From NCBI RefSeq assembly GCF_009914755.1, contig NC_060925.1: 64,000 nt of DNA; one strand, written 5' to 3'. This document shows positions 25,770-40,079 of the stretch, piece after piece. Position 1 is the first letter of the stretch; each line of letters opens with the position of its first letter. The notes beneath the pieces are model-generated. The model was given only the letters and a program-made list of their open reading frames with translations, was not told where the DNA came from and did no database searches. A program made the translations under genes and the position numbers. The DNA comes from the human T2T-CHM13v2.0 reference genome, Homo sapiens.

Positions 25770-26810
25770 TTTAAATGAAATTTTTGTTTTAGAATAGTTT
25801 TAGATTTATAGAATAAATCATCAGATAGTACAGAGAGTTCACATAAACTCCTTACTCAGATTCTCCTGTTAACTTCTTACAATAATGTGGTGCCTTTATC
25901 ACAGTTAAGGAAACCATGTGGATACATAAGTTCCATACTTTATTCAGATTTCTTTAGTTTTTACCTATCTTCTTTTCTCTACTAGGATTTCATCTAGGAT
26001 ACCTCATTAAGTTGATTCACAATGTCTCCTTAGGCTTCTCTTGGCTGTGACAGTTTTCTCAGACTTTCCTTGCTTTAAATGATTTTGACAATTTTGAGGA
26101 ATAGGTTGTAGAATGCCCCTTAATTTGGATTTGTCTCATGTTTATTATGATTATGCTGGGGTTATCCAGAGGAAGGCTGCAGAGGTAAAGTACCATTCTC
26201 ATCAAGTGGTATCAAGGTTACATACTATCAATGTGACTTATCACTGTTACTGTTTATCTTGATCACCTGACTGAGGTAATGTTTTTCACATTTCTCCAAT
26301 GTAAAATTACTCATTTGTCCCCTTTTGCATTCTCTGTAAGGAAGTCACTATATGCATCACATACATCAAGCACATAAAGTTATGCTCCATTTCCTTGATG
26401 GCAAAGCAACTCCATGAATTATTTGGAAATCTTCTGCACAGGAAATTTGTCTATTCTCTCCCATTTATTTATTTATTTATTTATTTAATCATGTATTTAT
26501 ATCATATGGAATCATGGATATTTATATTTTGGCTAAGACACAAATTGTTCCAGTTTTATATTTTGGCTCAAATTGTTCCACCTTTGGCCACTGAAAGATC
26601 TTTTAGTTTACTCCTGTGTCTCTTTGGTATACTCCCATCAATGTGTTTTGTTTTGAGTTTTCTGAAGCACTTTTTTTTATCATCTGGCATGAAAAAAGTG
26701 TTCCAATCTCATGGTATGTATTTCTTGCCCCAGCCCTAAAATCAAGCATTTCTTTAAGAAGGTCTGGAGAATGGTATTAGAAGCCAAGCCAGGATGCCAG
26801 GTACATGTTT
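25770..26810 (-). mobile_element. L1MC-type 3' end
   Basis: tttagaatagttttagatttatagaa...gatagtacagagagttc; ctccttaggcttctcttggctgtgacagttttctcagactttccttg; gctcaaattgttccacctttggccact. Confidence 0.85.
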
Positions 26811-29229
26811 GCATTTTCATTGTACTTTCCCATCAAATGGAAATGAAGAAAGATAATGTCAAAAAAATCGAGAAAAAAACGTCAGTACAAATAAGACTTT
26901 ATAGAATCTTACAATTATTATATTTGACTTTCTGAAATGTTGCAGAGAGGAATATTTGTTAAGTTTTAATTATTAAACATTAATTCACTGAAAGTTAGGT
27001 TGTGCTCTGTAGCAGCACCTCCCCACTATCTTGCATGTTTTTGGATCTTAAAACAATTATTTTAATGTTGCAGTTTTGAAAATATATGTAATTAATCAAT
27101 AGGACATTGCTAGTTTTTCCCCTTTACAGGTTTATAGTTGAGTCATTAAATTCATTACTTTATAACTGTTTTCTTCTTCTGCCTTTCCGGAAATATAATG
27201 AAGTAACTCCCATTGGAGTTAGAACTTGCCTGGATATTTGTCTTTGCTGAGCTAATTGACCACCCACCACAAATGCTCTGTAGAAGATCTTCTCTCTTTT
27301 CTTGTCCTTCAGTCTTTCTATAAATATATTTGTTTCTTAGAGTACAGAAGTTTTATTCATAGAGGATATTTTGAGAAAATAAAACTCTCTTGATTTAAGA
27401 TCCCAAAATCATGTTTACTTGTACACAAAGCCACATAATAAATAACTGTAAAAATAGGTAGAGAATACTATTGCTTTTAATTACACATTATGATTTTTTA
27501 CCCTTTCTAACATTCACATTACTTCAATTGCATCTTTACTCTAGTCCATGCTTCTTTTAAATATTCTTTAGTTCATTCCTCTCCATTCCTCAAGTAATGG
27601 ATCTCTAATACTTCACTTTTTTCAATTTCACTCTTTCATCTTGCCTGTTTCTTAGAAAAGTCAGACACTAAATAGGATATGATATTCTTAAAAGTTCTTC
27701 TTCCCTTCCAAATTTTTCTAAGTACAAGTCTATTCTCACTCAGGAATGTGTATTATAAGCCGAGTACTGTGCCAAGCTCTTGCAATATGAGATAAATAAG
27801 ACAAACCCCGCCTTCTAGGAGATCACCATCTAAAGTGTTCATGAAACTAAATCTTTCAGGATATTATTAATGCAAAAGCACCTTATATTTTTGAGGATTA
27901 TTCCTCATTAATAACTTCTCTCTCTGTTACATATTCAAAAATCTCTCTCCACTGGACTCTTCTCCTTGGCTTATGACCATAGTAAGGACCGTTTAAGGAC
28001 TTAAGGATAAAGTGCCTAGTAAAAGAGCACAGTTTTTTAAGAGAATGTTAGATAGTTTAAATGACTGAAAGCTACAGTGCTTATAGGAAGATAGTAGACA
28101 TTAATTTTGGAAATATAGGTGGAATTAGAACATAAAAAGTCATCCATGCCTTGTAAGATATCCAGGAATGGACAGGAGGAAGAAATTGAAACACATGACT
28201 AGCTTAATGTTTTTCAGTGATTAGGCGCTGAATTTTCCTACTGGCTTTTTGTCTCGAAGCCCTGTCAGGTACAACTAAGAATAGATTCTGACTTTATATT
28301 TACAGCTGAAACACGGTTCATTAATAATAGGTAAAGCTGAAGAACTGCAAAATTATTTGAGTAGGGAAGCATGTGAGTTATTTTTTGCCTCTAATGTCCT
28401 TGTACATTGCTTAAAATCTGGTGATTATGGATAAAGACAAGTTGATTTTAATGCAGAGACTGAGTCAATATGAAAGAAGCTTCAAGTACTAGTTTTAATT
28501 AGAAGGGCTTGTCCTGTTCCGGTGCCATTTGATATTACCATGTGCTTTTGGTTCTTCTCTACAAATGAGAGTCTGTAATACTCATTTCCAATTTTAGTTG
28601 CTGTTAACAGATGGGTCTTTCCACACTATCTGTTGATTTTCTGTTGAGAATGTAGAGGCTTCTCTCATTCATAAAACTTCCAGAAGCCCTGTTGCCTTGC
28701 TTTTACACAGGTTTGATCCTTCATGGTCTGGTAAAGGAGGTGATTTTGTCCACTTGCTCATATTTTGGAGTTTATGAAACAGCCTGTCATTTGCTTTGTT
28801 TGTCTGTGCTATCGGTTTATTTTTAATTTTTCTATTATAGTTATTCTGCTTCTGTGCATAGACTTGGCTACCATAAAATCTATCTACTGCTACTGTAGTT
28901 TTCCCAAATTTTTGTAATTTTATTTAACAATAATTATAATACTAAATCATTTTAACTTGTGGTCACAAAATATAAAACATTTTCAATTGATATTAAAGAA
29001 ACTGGATTTTTTGCTTGAATATTTGTAATGACATGCACTTATTATTGTACTAAAGAGATAAACAGATAATAATATTCCAAATGTTTATTATAAAATTTTT
29101 ATAATAGTATTAAAATGTTACCTCAGTCTACTCTGAAGTAGAATGAATCAGTATCACTCTGAATGTTTTAACTTTGGAAGACTTAATCTTAACTCTATCA
29201 TTAATATTCCTGCTAGGAAGTGTAATACA

Positions 29230-29679
29230 TAGTAGTGGGTTGAACCGTGTCCCTCCCCCGACAAAAGGAACTTTCATTCAGAAACCGTGACTATGGCATT
29301 GTCTTGGAATAGTTTATTTGCAGATGTAAGTAAGAATCTGAAAATGACATTAACCTGAATTAGCTTGGACCTTAAATCCAGTGATAAGAGGTCTTATAAG
29401 AGAAGAAAAGAGGAAATCTCACAGAAGGAAAGTCAATGAAAAGATAAAGGCAGTGATTAGAGTAATGCATCTGTGAATTAAGAAAGGCCAAGGGCTATGG
29501 GAAGCTACTGAAAGCTAGGAGACAGGCATAAAATGCATTGTCCCTCAGAGAAATAACCACCCTTATCTACACTGTGATCTTATACTTCTGGCCTACAGAA
29601 CTATATGATAATAAATTTTGTTGTTTTAAGCCACTTCATTTATGGTAATTTATTATGGTAGCCCTAGAAAATTAATACA
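29230..29679 (+). mobile_element. MLT1C-like solo LTR
   Basis: tagtagtgggttgaaccgtgtccc...ttgcagatgtaa...ttttaagccacttcatttatggtaatttattatggtagccctagaaaattaataca. Confidence 0.88.
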
Positions 29680-29788
29680 TGCCCTATCAAATGTCAGATA
29701 TTTTTGTTTCTAAATATATTTAAATTAATTAAAATATACTTTTAGCAAATGAATTGAACAAGGATACTCTTCATGAGACATCTATATA

Positions 29789-30043
29789 TTTTTTTGTTAT
29801 AATTTAAGTTATTTTTCCTCTTTAAATTTCTACTCATTTTCTTTCTTTCTTCTCAAAATTCTTTAGCCCTTAAGTTTTTATTTGGAGTGCTGTATTTTCC
29901 AAGTAGATATACATCTAACATTTATTTCTTTTAAATTAATATGTGCACAACGTGCAGGTTTTTTACATATGTATACATGTGCCATGTTGGTTTGCTGCAC
30001 CCATTACACTTGGACACAGGGCGGGGAACATCACACACTGGGG
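29789..30043 (-). mobile_element. Very short twin-primed (5'-inverted) L1PA 3' end carrying a 130-bp templated insertion
   Basis: Tail tttttttgttataatttaagtt (29789-29810), L1 3' end atgtgcacaacgtgcagg...ccatta (29941-30006), inverted piece acacttggacacagggcggggaacatcacacactgggg (30006-30043); TSD gacatc(t/c)atata(ca)tttttt. Confidence 0.85.
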
Positions 30044-30356
30044 ACATCCATATACATTTTTTAAAAATATACCTTAGAAACATATCTCATTTCTTAGATA
30101 ACATTTTATTCATTATAACATTATAGCTAATGTTATAATGTTGTCATATTTATGAATAGACAAGTAATATTAATGAAGAAGAAAGACCAATGCAATCATT
30201 TAAAAAAAATTAATGCCTATATGTCAATGTTCTTCTCTATCCCAAATACTGCCCACATGCCAAATAGAAAGAATACTAAGCAAAAACAGAATATATAGGA
30301 AAAGGCAATTTTAGATTCTATTTATACATAAAAATACCGGCTAGGTAAATAATCTA

Positions 30357-30689
<333 letters not shown>

Positions 30690-31451
30690 TCATCTAGGTA
30701 AAGCTATTTACCTCTCTTAACATTAGTTTATTTGTCTATAAAATTAGAATAAAAATTATTTTCAAACTACCTGAAATTATTTATTTATATAAAAGTGTTT
30801 GGTCACTTTTTTTTGGGGGGGGGTCATAAATTCTAGATAATTTACTTAAAATTGGACATTCCAAATAATATAAATTTGTTACTACTAAGTAGATTTTGTC
30901 ATTTCTGTACTAAAATAGTCAGTACTTTGTGGAATGTTACCCACAAGTTTTTTTCTAATTAACTATATACACATAATACATAGATACTAGAGGAATACAA
31001 AATGTGCAAGCATGTATTCTAGTAGTTTAGAGTGTTTGAACAGTCATAATTAAAGTTACATGAAAGTTACATATCAAGGCAAAGTATGTAGTTTCTGAAA
31101 AATATAGGTACTTGTGACTTAAAGAACTCTTTTGAAGATGGCATAAGATAATGTGTATGAAATTCCAACAGTTATATCTATTTCTTTGCAGAATATCAGG
31201 GTATTGGTTCTCTACTTTCATGCTAAAAATGCAAATTACCTACAACTAGTTGGGACTCATCGTGCGCCTTCTAACTACATAAATTATTAGGTGCTTGATA
31301 GACTTTCATGAGAGAAGAAAGGTGAAATCTAAAAATAAATTGCTATATAAAAAAGCCTAGGTATAGCAAAAGCAAAGACTTGGAATTTCTGATTTAGATT
31401 GTCACTGCTGAATGATACTGTTCTTTGGAACAATGATCTCAGCACATCCAC

Positions 31452-31773
31452 TGGCATTGTCTTGGAATAGTTTATTTGCAGATGTAATTAAGAATCTGAA
31501 AATGACATTAACCTGAATTAGTTTGGACCTTACATCCAATGACAAGATTTCTCATAAGAGAAGAAAAGAGGAATTCTCACAGAAGGAAAGGCAATGAGAA
31601 GATAAAGCTTGCAGCTGGAGCAGCGTTTGCCGCATTTATTTTCCTTCTTTAAATTTCTACTCATTTTCTTTCTTTCTTTCTTCTCAAAATTCTTTAGCCC
31701 TTAAGTTTTTATTTGGAGTGTTGTATTTTCCAAGTAGATATACATCTAACATTTATTTCTCTTAACTTAATAT
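31452..31773 (+). repeat. Local duplicated segments: 31452-31607 = 29294-29449; 31636-31773 = 29809-29942
   Basis: Manual alignment: 11 mismatches in 156 bp, and ~5 mismatches plus one 4-bp indel in ~134 bp. Confidence 0.95.
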
Positions 31774-32779
31774 TTTTCCCAGCTTTATTGTAATTCATTT
31801 ATTTCAGTATCTCCTTGAAAACATCCACTTGTATACATTACTGAGTATTTGACAGCACCTGTTTCTCTGTTTGTAAATGTCAAATCTTTGTTTCTTTTAT
31901 ACATAAGTTAAATCAAATTTTAAAGTCACAGATACAGCTTAGTTTTAGCAGAACAGTATGCTGTAATGTAATTATTTCTTTAGTATTTATCAATTATTTA
32001 TCTATTGGTATTGAATTGTCAGTCTCTATTGTCTCCTAATTCTTAATTTATTTGTAATGAAATAAGGCTTTAGTTTGTTCTTTTTGAAATAATTTAATTG
32101 GTCCAATTAAAGATTATATATATATGTAGTAGTAAGGAGAAAGAGAGAGTAAAAGAGAGATAGGAGAGACATATTAAACACAAACCAAACATAATGGCAT
32201 TTTCATTTCTCTTACCCTAAATATTAGCAGTGCTTTATCTGAGCACAAAAAGCATTTGTGATTCAGATGAAAACATATGCTTTGTGAGCAAAATATATAC
32301 ATTGATTATATAAACATAATTTGCTAAAATTATAAAAACACACAGATATGCTTCTCTTTGAAGCATATCTCTGGTTTTCTCCTTCATGCTGAAAAAGATC
32401 ATGATTTAATGACACATGAAATGCGCAACAATGTTATGTCATTAAGAAGGCAACAACACAATTTTGTTGTTAAGAAAGAGGCTTGCTAATAGTGGGAATG
32501 CAGCCATATAATTCTAATGAAAAAACAGTGTAAGAAGGAAAAGCTTCTAATGCCTAAGAAGTTTTGGGAAAGTACAAAACAGAATACAACTACTTTAAAT
32601 GGAAATGGAAATAAAATCTTTCAGAGACTTAAAGAATAGACTTTGGATTGACTGTGATCTGGTAAGTTAGCATTGAAGATGGTTCTTAGAAATTGGGTAA
32701 GGCTCTGCTGAATAGAGAAATGGAGAAAAATTCTTCATGGTAGTTTCACCAAGAAAGACAGAAAAGTTGCAGACATATT

Positions 32780-33040
32780 GTATGAATAGTAATTACAACA
32801 AATATTTAAGCTGTACTTAGTGTGTTCTAAGTACTGCTTTTACACATATTAACTAATTTAATTCTTACAACAACCTTCTCCAATTGATACAAGTATTACC
32901 GTCATTTTTCAGATGATGACCATGAGGCAGAGAGCTTGAATAACTGAGACTAAATTCAATAAAACTAGCAAGGGATGGATCTAGAATTTGGACTTAGAAA
33001 GCCTGGCTCCAAATCCTAACCATTATGCTATTCCACCTCC
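32780..33040 (-). mobile_element. MIR
   Basis: atttaattcttacaacaacc...attaccgtcatttttcagatgatgaccatgaggcagagag...ctggctccaaatcctaaccattatgcta. Confidence 0.8.
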
Positions 33041-35798
33041 TTAAGGCAGAACTGTAATGTGACTAGATTCTAGGGTAAGAATGGAAACATGTATTTTGAA
33101 TGCTGTCATTGTGTCACTGGGCACTGGATAGTATTGGCAAACTTTGGCAATAAATATTAACATACCTTCCCACTCAACCATTGTTTGCTTAACACAGCAT
33201 ACAACAAAACCACTCCCAATAAATCAGAACTGTCTGGAGGTGGAAAATTATGTTATATGCCTGCTAGAACACTAATTATCTCTCAGTATAAGAATAAAAT
33301 GGAAGGATTAAGAGCTGCAGAGTGAAAGAATAACAATATATTTTTGTGATAATCTAAACTAAGAAGAACAAAACAAAACAAAATGGGACCAAATTAAGGC
33401 AATTTCTGTGAATTAGAAAAATAAATAATGGAGGAATTTCACAATTAGATTAGAACCTCTTAGTAGGCAGGAACTGAACCTTGAACCTGCACTATATGCC
33501 TTTCTCACAGATAAATATCTGTATTCTTATTGGAATCTCAATATTCCTCTGAGATTAATTTGGTCCAAGCATGATAGTCTATCCCAAGAAAAAAAAGGAG
33601 CCTTAGTATTTTATACAGATGGAAAACATGATATGGAATATGTGAGAAAGGGTGGAAATTGACGAGAAGAAAAATGACTCTGTCTTTTAAAAACAGTTGG
33701 TTTAAATAGTCTGCCCTGCACATAACCTATCCAGTATTTTCAGAGAAGAACAGAGATAAGGAAACTCAAACTCCATATAGAGTTAGAGCAACAGTTTTAC
33801 CAGCTAAACCATCTGTTCTATTTCATTTATCCACAAATGCTGTGACTGGAGATGCTTGGGGTAGATGAAATAGGAGGGTGTAAGCTAGGAACTTTGGATC
33901 AGGGGAGAAAACATTTTTGCCTTGTCCCTTCTAGTTCTTCACATTACACAGAATCTTTGCACAGAAGCTGTACAATTCTCTCAGTGCTATAATTTCAAGT
34001 CCTCTAATAAGTACACAATAGGTGTTTTTAACAATATGGCTAAATTTTGAAACTGCTTTGTATATTTCTAGTTGCTTCATTTGATTTCACAATTTGAGTC
34101 TTAAATGTTTGGTGAAGACATATTCTAGATGCTTTTTTAGTTGAATGTGATATGATTTTCTATACCCATACACATATCTTTAATTTTTTTTTACATTTGA
34201 ATTAGTGTCTAATGAACTCTGTGAGTCAATAGTGCAAGATAAAGTAATGTAGTTCAGTGTTTAAGAATTTGAAAAAAAAAAAAGAAAAAAGAATTTGGAT
34301 TATGGAGTAAGAAAAAGCAAGAATTGTATCAAGATTTACCTCCTTATGAGGGAAGCCTCATTGGGAAACAAAATTCAACATAGTTGTTTCACATAAAAGG
34401 ACGTGAAAAAAGATATCACTTGTAGAGTGTGGGCAGGTTTAAAGAGCACAAACAGTAAGGGATGTCGAAGCATCCAAGACTGGCAACTGCAGTAAGCCAT
34501 TCATTTCTATGGGAGCTGGAGAACAGAAGGAGGAGGAAAAAGAGAAGAAGCTCTAGACGGAGAAGGAGGATGTGGAGGAGAGGCCAATTGGAAAAAACTG
34601 TAGAATCTGGAGGAGAGTCCAACTGGTAAAAACTCTAATTTACCAGTTGCTTCCACTGATGAAACTTAACCAAAGGGAAGCAGTAAGTGAGATGCATTCC
34701 ATGGGAGTCAATTCTTAAGGCAAAGAACAGACTAGAAAAAGTTTCGAACTGGTATGGGTAGAGAAAAGCAAACTGATAATAATCATTCCACAATCCTGTA
34801 CTCCCTGAATGAGCCTCAGATATCACATCTACAAAACAGGTGCAATATAATTCCTATATACCAGACTTATGATGATTAAATACAATTAACATAACGGATA
34901 CAGAGACTATTCATGTTAACCATTCAATAGAGCTGATCGGAAGCTTCTAACTGAAGATAGCAACTTGACTTTCCTATTTTTTCTTTCTCATACCTAGGAT
35001 CCTACTAAAATTATTGCAAGAAATAAAAATGCTATTAAGTCATAAGCACAAAGAGAAAAGGTCAGGGTTCATTACTTGACTACAGATTTTAACAAATTTT
35101 TGCAACATAGGTTGACAAGTGGTAACTGATTTAGCTGAGACAAATCTTTAATGAGTTGATAGAGTCATATGTTAAGTATAGGTCTCAAAATAGGGGGGTC
35201 TTTTGAAAGACTGGAACCATCAAACCAGAACATTCTTGCTCTCAAAATGACACTGAGTACATGCATGTCTCTGAGACAAGACAAGGAACAAGAGGTTTAT
35301 TCTCAGGAGAATTGAATGGGATACACTTAGAACTAACAATAGCAGATAAGATAATTTGAGCGATTGGAAAGAAGGAATTCTTTTTTTAAATGCCAGCAGT
35401 TCACATGACTCTATCCTGTAGTTTGGATAAGCAAGAGAGAGGAGTACTCATCTCAAAACCAAATAAAACAAAAAACAAAACAAACAAAAAACATGCCAGA
35501 GAAAATAACTATAAACTGATACTTAACTTCCTTTAATGATTTACTTCCATACTGAAACTTTAATGAAATGATTTTCTCCCAATCATCCAATCATCCTAAC
35601 ATGTAGTTTAAGAAACAACAAAGAGATATATGAACACTTTGTAATATGTTTTTCCCTACCCAAAAGTGGCCAGACTGGTGAAAGGAAAATAAATAAATAA
35701 ATAAATAAATAAATACATCCAAAAGTTAGCAACTCCCGTGAAATCAACACAAGAATGCTGAAAACTCAAAATGCCAGAGTACCTGTTTTCTGTCAAAT

Positions 35799-36508
35799 TG
35801 AGAGGTGAAGCTGGCTGGGATTCTGGTTAGGGTGGGGAATTGGACAACTTTTCTGTCTAGCTAAAGGGTTGTAAATGCACCAATCAGTGCTCTGTGTCTA
35901 GCTAAAGGTTTGTAAATGCACCAATCAGCACTCTGTAAAAATGGACCAATCAGCATTCTGCAAAATGGACCAATCAGCACTCTGTAAAATGGACCAATCA
36001 GTGCTCTGTAAAATGGACCACTCTGCTGGATGTGGGAGGGGCAAATAAGGGAATAAAAGCAGGCCACTCAAGCCAGCAGCAGCAATGCTGTAGGGGCAAC
36101 TTGCCCTGTGTGGAGGCTTTGTTCTTTTGGTCTTCCCGATAAATCTTGCTGCTGGTCACTCTTTGGGTCTGCAATACCTTTATGAGCTGTAACACTCAGG
36201 GCGAGGGTGTGCAGCTTCATTCCTGAAGTCAGCGAGACCACGAACCCACCAGGAGGAACAAACAACTCTGGATGTGCCACTTTTAAGAGGTGTAACATTC
36301 ACTGTGAAGGTCTGTGGCTTCACTTCTGAAGTCAGCAAGACCATGACCCCACCGGAAGGAATAAACTCTGGACACATCTGAACTTCTGAAGGAACAAACT
36401 CGGGACACACCATTTTAAGAACTGTAACACTCACCGTGAGAGTCCTCAGCTTCATTCTTGAAGTCAGCTAGACCAAGAACCCACCGGAAGGCACCAATTC
36501 CAGACATA
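35799..36508 (+). mobile_element. LTR12 (ERV9) solo LTR, short variant
   Basis: TGAGAGGTGAAGC start, ctagctaaagg/ccaatcagcactctg repeats, cttcattc(c/t)tgaagtcagc..gacca repeats, end ccagacata; exact 4-bp TSD aaat. Confidence 0.96.
35880..36060 (+). promoter_or_regulatory. LTR12 U3 NF-Y (CCAAT) array and TATA-like box; potential cryptic promoter
   Basis: Five CCAATCAG copies (~35880, 35921, 35946, 35970, 35994), then GAATAAAAG at ~36051; activity not demonstrable from sequence. Confidence 0.6.
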
Positions 36509-39500
36509 AAATGACCACATCACCTCTCCAGCAATGATCCAAAACCAGGCTGAGCCAAAGATAGCTTAAATGACAGAAGTAGATTTCAGAGTGTGGAAAC
36601 GAACTTCACTGTGCAAAATGAGTGTGTTGTAACCCAATGCAAGGAAGCTAAAATTTATGATAAAACATTGCAAGTGCTGGCAGACAAAATAGCCAGTATA
36701 GAGAAAAACGTTATCAACCTGATAGAGCTGAAAAACACACTACAAGAATTTCATAATTCAGTCATAAGTATTAATAGCAGAATAGACTAAGAGGATTAGA
36801 TAATTTCAGAGCTTGAAGGCTGGTTTTCTGAAATAAAAAAGGCAGACAAGAGTAGAGAAAAAAGGAATGAAGAAAACCTCTGAGAAATATAAAATTATGT
36901 AAAGAGATGGAATCTATGATTAGGGTACCTGAAAGAGATGGGAAGAATGGAGCCAATTTGAAAACCATATTTTGGGATATCATCCAGGAGAATTTCCACA
37001 ACCTAGCTACAGGGGCCAACCTTCAAATTCGGGAAATGCAGAGAACCCCAGTAAGATACTCCATGAAAAGATCATCCCCAGCACATAATCATCAGATTCC
37101 CCAAGGTCAAAATGAAATGAGATTCTCTTCAAGGCAGCTTGAGAGAAAGACCAGGTTACCTACAAAGAAAGCCCATCAGACTAACAGCATTCTCAGTGGA
37201 AATCCTATGAGCCAAAAGAGATTGGGGGCCAATATTCAACATTCTTAAAGAAAAGAAATTCCAGCTCAGAATTTCATATCCATCCGTACAAAGCTTCATA
37301 ATTGACAAAGGAATAAGATCCTATTTAGAGAAGCAAATGCTGAGGGAATTCATTAACACCAGATGTGCCTTACAAGAGTTCCCAAAGAAAGCACTAAATA
37401 TGAAAAGAAAAAACTAACAGCCACTATAAAACACACTGAAGTACACAGACCCGTGACACTGTAGAATTGTGACACTATAGAGCAACCAACAAAATAACTA
37501 GCTAACATCATGATGACAGAAAAAAAAATATACATACTGCTACTAATCTTAAATGTAAACAGGCTAAATGCCCTGAGTAAAAGACACAGAGTGGCAAGTT
37601 GGATGAAAAACAAGACCCACTGGTATGCTGTATTCAAGTCAGCCATCTCACATGCAGTGACACACATAGGCTCAAAATAAAGGAATGTAGAAAAATTTAC
37701 CAAGCAAACAGAAAAGAAAAAAAGCAGGGGTTGCAATCCTAGTTTCTGACAAAACAGAATTTAAATAAACAAAGGTCAAAAAAGACAAAGAAGGGCCTTA
37801 CCTAATGGTAAAGGGTTCAATTCAACAAGAAGAGCTAACTATCCTAAATATATATGCACCCAATATAGGAGCACCCAGATTTATAAAGCAAGTTCTTGAA
37901 GACTTTCAAAGAGACATAGACTCACACACAATAGTGGGAGACTTTAACACCCACTGACAATATTAAACAGATCTAAACTAAGCCCTAGATCAAGTGGCCC
38001 TGATAGAAATCTGTAGATCTCTCCACCCAAAACCAACAGAATATACATTCTTCTGATAGCCACGTGGCACTTACTCTAAAACTAATCATGTAATTGAAAG
38101 TAAAACACTGCTCATCAAATGCAAAATAACTGAAATCATAATAGTCTCTTGGACCACAGCACAATTAAATTAGAAATCAGGATTAAGAAACTCACTCAAA
38201 ACCATAAAATTACATGAAAATTGAATAATCTGGTTCTAAATAACTTTTGGATAAATAATGAAATTAAAGCATAAATCAACAAGTTATTTGACACTAATGA
38301 GAACAAAAATACACCATACCAGAATCTCTGGGATATACCTAAGGCAGTGTTAAGAGGGAAATTTATAGTTCTAAATACCCACCTAAAAAATTAGAAAAAT
38401 CTCAAGTTAACAACCTAACATCAAAACTAAAAGAACAAGAGAACCAAGAGCAAACAAATACCAAAGCTAGCAGAAGACAAGAAATAACCAAAATCAGAGC
38501 TGAACTGAAAAAGATAGAGATACAAAAAACCATTCAAAATATCAATGAATTCAGGAGCTTTTTTTTTTGAAAAAAATAATAAAATAGGCTGCCAGCTAAA
38601 CTAATAAAGAAGAAAAGAGATAAGATTCAAATAAACACAATCAGAAATGATAAGGCGGATATCACCACTGATCCACAGAAATCTAAACAAGCATTAGATT
38701 ATTTTATGAACACCTTTGTACATATAAACTAGACAAACATTCTATGCAGAAAAATTCCAAGTAATTTATGTAGACAAATGTATATAAATATTTATATGTA
38801 TCTCATCACTCCTGAAGTAATCCTTCTGGGTTTTTTTTTCATAACATGAATCAACCCCTTTCATATTATACATTTCTTTGTTTGCTACCTGTTTCTCTGT
38901 TTAAAATGCAAGCTCAATGTCTGGCATGTAGAAAAAGACTGACAAGTATTAATTTAATTTATGAGTTATTTATCTTGTAACAATGCTCAAATTTTTTTCA
39001 AAAGAGTTTATAGTAGAGTTTACCATTCAGTAAAAGTATGTACAGTCATAAATGGCTCTATATATAGAAAACTTATGCAGAGAGAGTATGGATAGATGTT
39101 TTATGTTTATTTACTTTTTTATGAGAAGGCATTGAAATCCTCAGATTGGGCCAAAGTTTGAGCTGTTTTTTTTTTTTTCCAGTATGTTAAAAAAGTGCTA
39201 TTGGCAGTAAAAGTAGTCTGGTTAGGTAATGTATTAACAGTATCCTAGAGTCCCAAGATGGGTCTAAAAGAAATTGTGAAATTATATTCTCTTGCAATTG
39301 AAGAACTAAATAGCGTTTCTAAAATTATTTGAGGAAAGGAAGAGCCAAGATGGCTTTATAGACGCAGCCAAAAAGAGTTTTTCCTACCAAGAGAGGCCAC
39401 ACCATCAAGCAGACTGGCACATTCCAAACAGATTTTCAGAAAAAAAGGCATTGAGTAAACACAGGGAGAACACAGACCCTGAGGCTGAAAGGGGAGAAAG

Positions 39501-40079
39501 CTGGGAACCCTGTGCAGGATTGCCAAGCACCAGGATTTGTTTCTGGCCCTGAGTGGCCCCTAGGGAAAGGGTTAGTGAAATAAGCATGCATCAGCCCATT
39601 CTCACCCCACACTTCTGGGATCCTAGCTATGGGAGACCCTACAAACCCTATGGATGTTTGAATTTACAGAGAGAAGTACCTGGAGAATTGGTAGAAAGAT
39701 AACTCCAGTCTTTGTGGATTTCAGAGGGTATGTCATGGGAATGGCTGCAGTGGAACACGGCCATGGGTGCCCATTCCCCAAAGTTCTCCATGCCTTTCTA
39801 AATGGCTTTAGACTTTGTTAGCTGCCAAACCTGGAGAGAGAAGGGTTGTCTTGCTGAGAGAAAGGTACAGTTTGATTTGAATGTCTTCCTGTCCACCAGC
39901 TTCTTCCAGGGTGCCATCTGAATGCACGCACTTGCTGCACAACTTCAGCTGCCCCAGAGAAATGCTTGCCAGTGGCCACCACAATGGCTGTTTTTCTGGT
40001 AGCCATCATATTCCCATTGAAGCTCTTCTGCCGATGGACCCCCACTGGTGTGCACTCACCTATAGCTTACCCATGTTGC

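Larger units (their letters stand above)
35740..38735 (+). mobile_element. Old L1PA (L1PA13-15-like) fragment: end of 5' UTR, ORF1, 5' part of ORF2; interrupted by LTR12
   Basis: Decayed ORF1 peptides (DKIASIEKN...LIELKNTLQEFHN; DIIQENFHNL); EN-region sequence gggttcaattcaacaagaagagctaactatcc. Confidence 0.93.

Noticed and set aside
31608-31635. GC-rich 28-nt linker as captured foreign DNA
   Set aside because: More simply explained as native sequence between the insertion point of copy A and the donor of segment B.
35855-36020. Regularly spaced repeats resembling a CRISPR array
   Set aside because: These are the known LTR12 U3 tandem CCAAT repeats in eukaryotic DNA, with no unique spacers.
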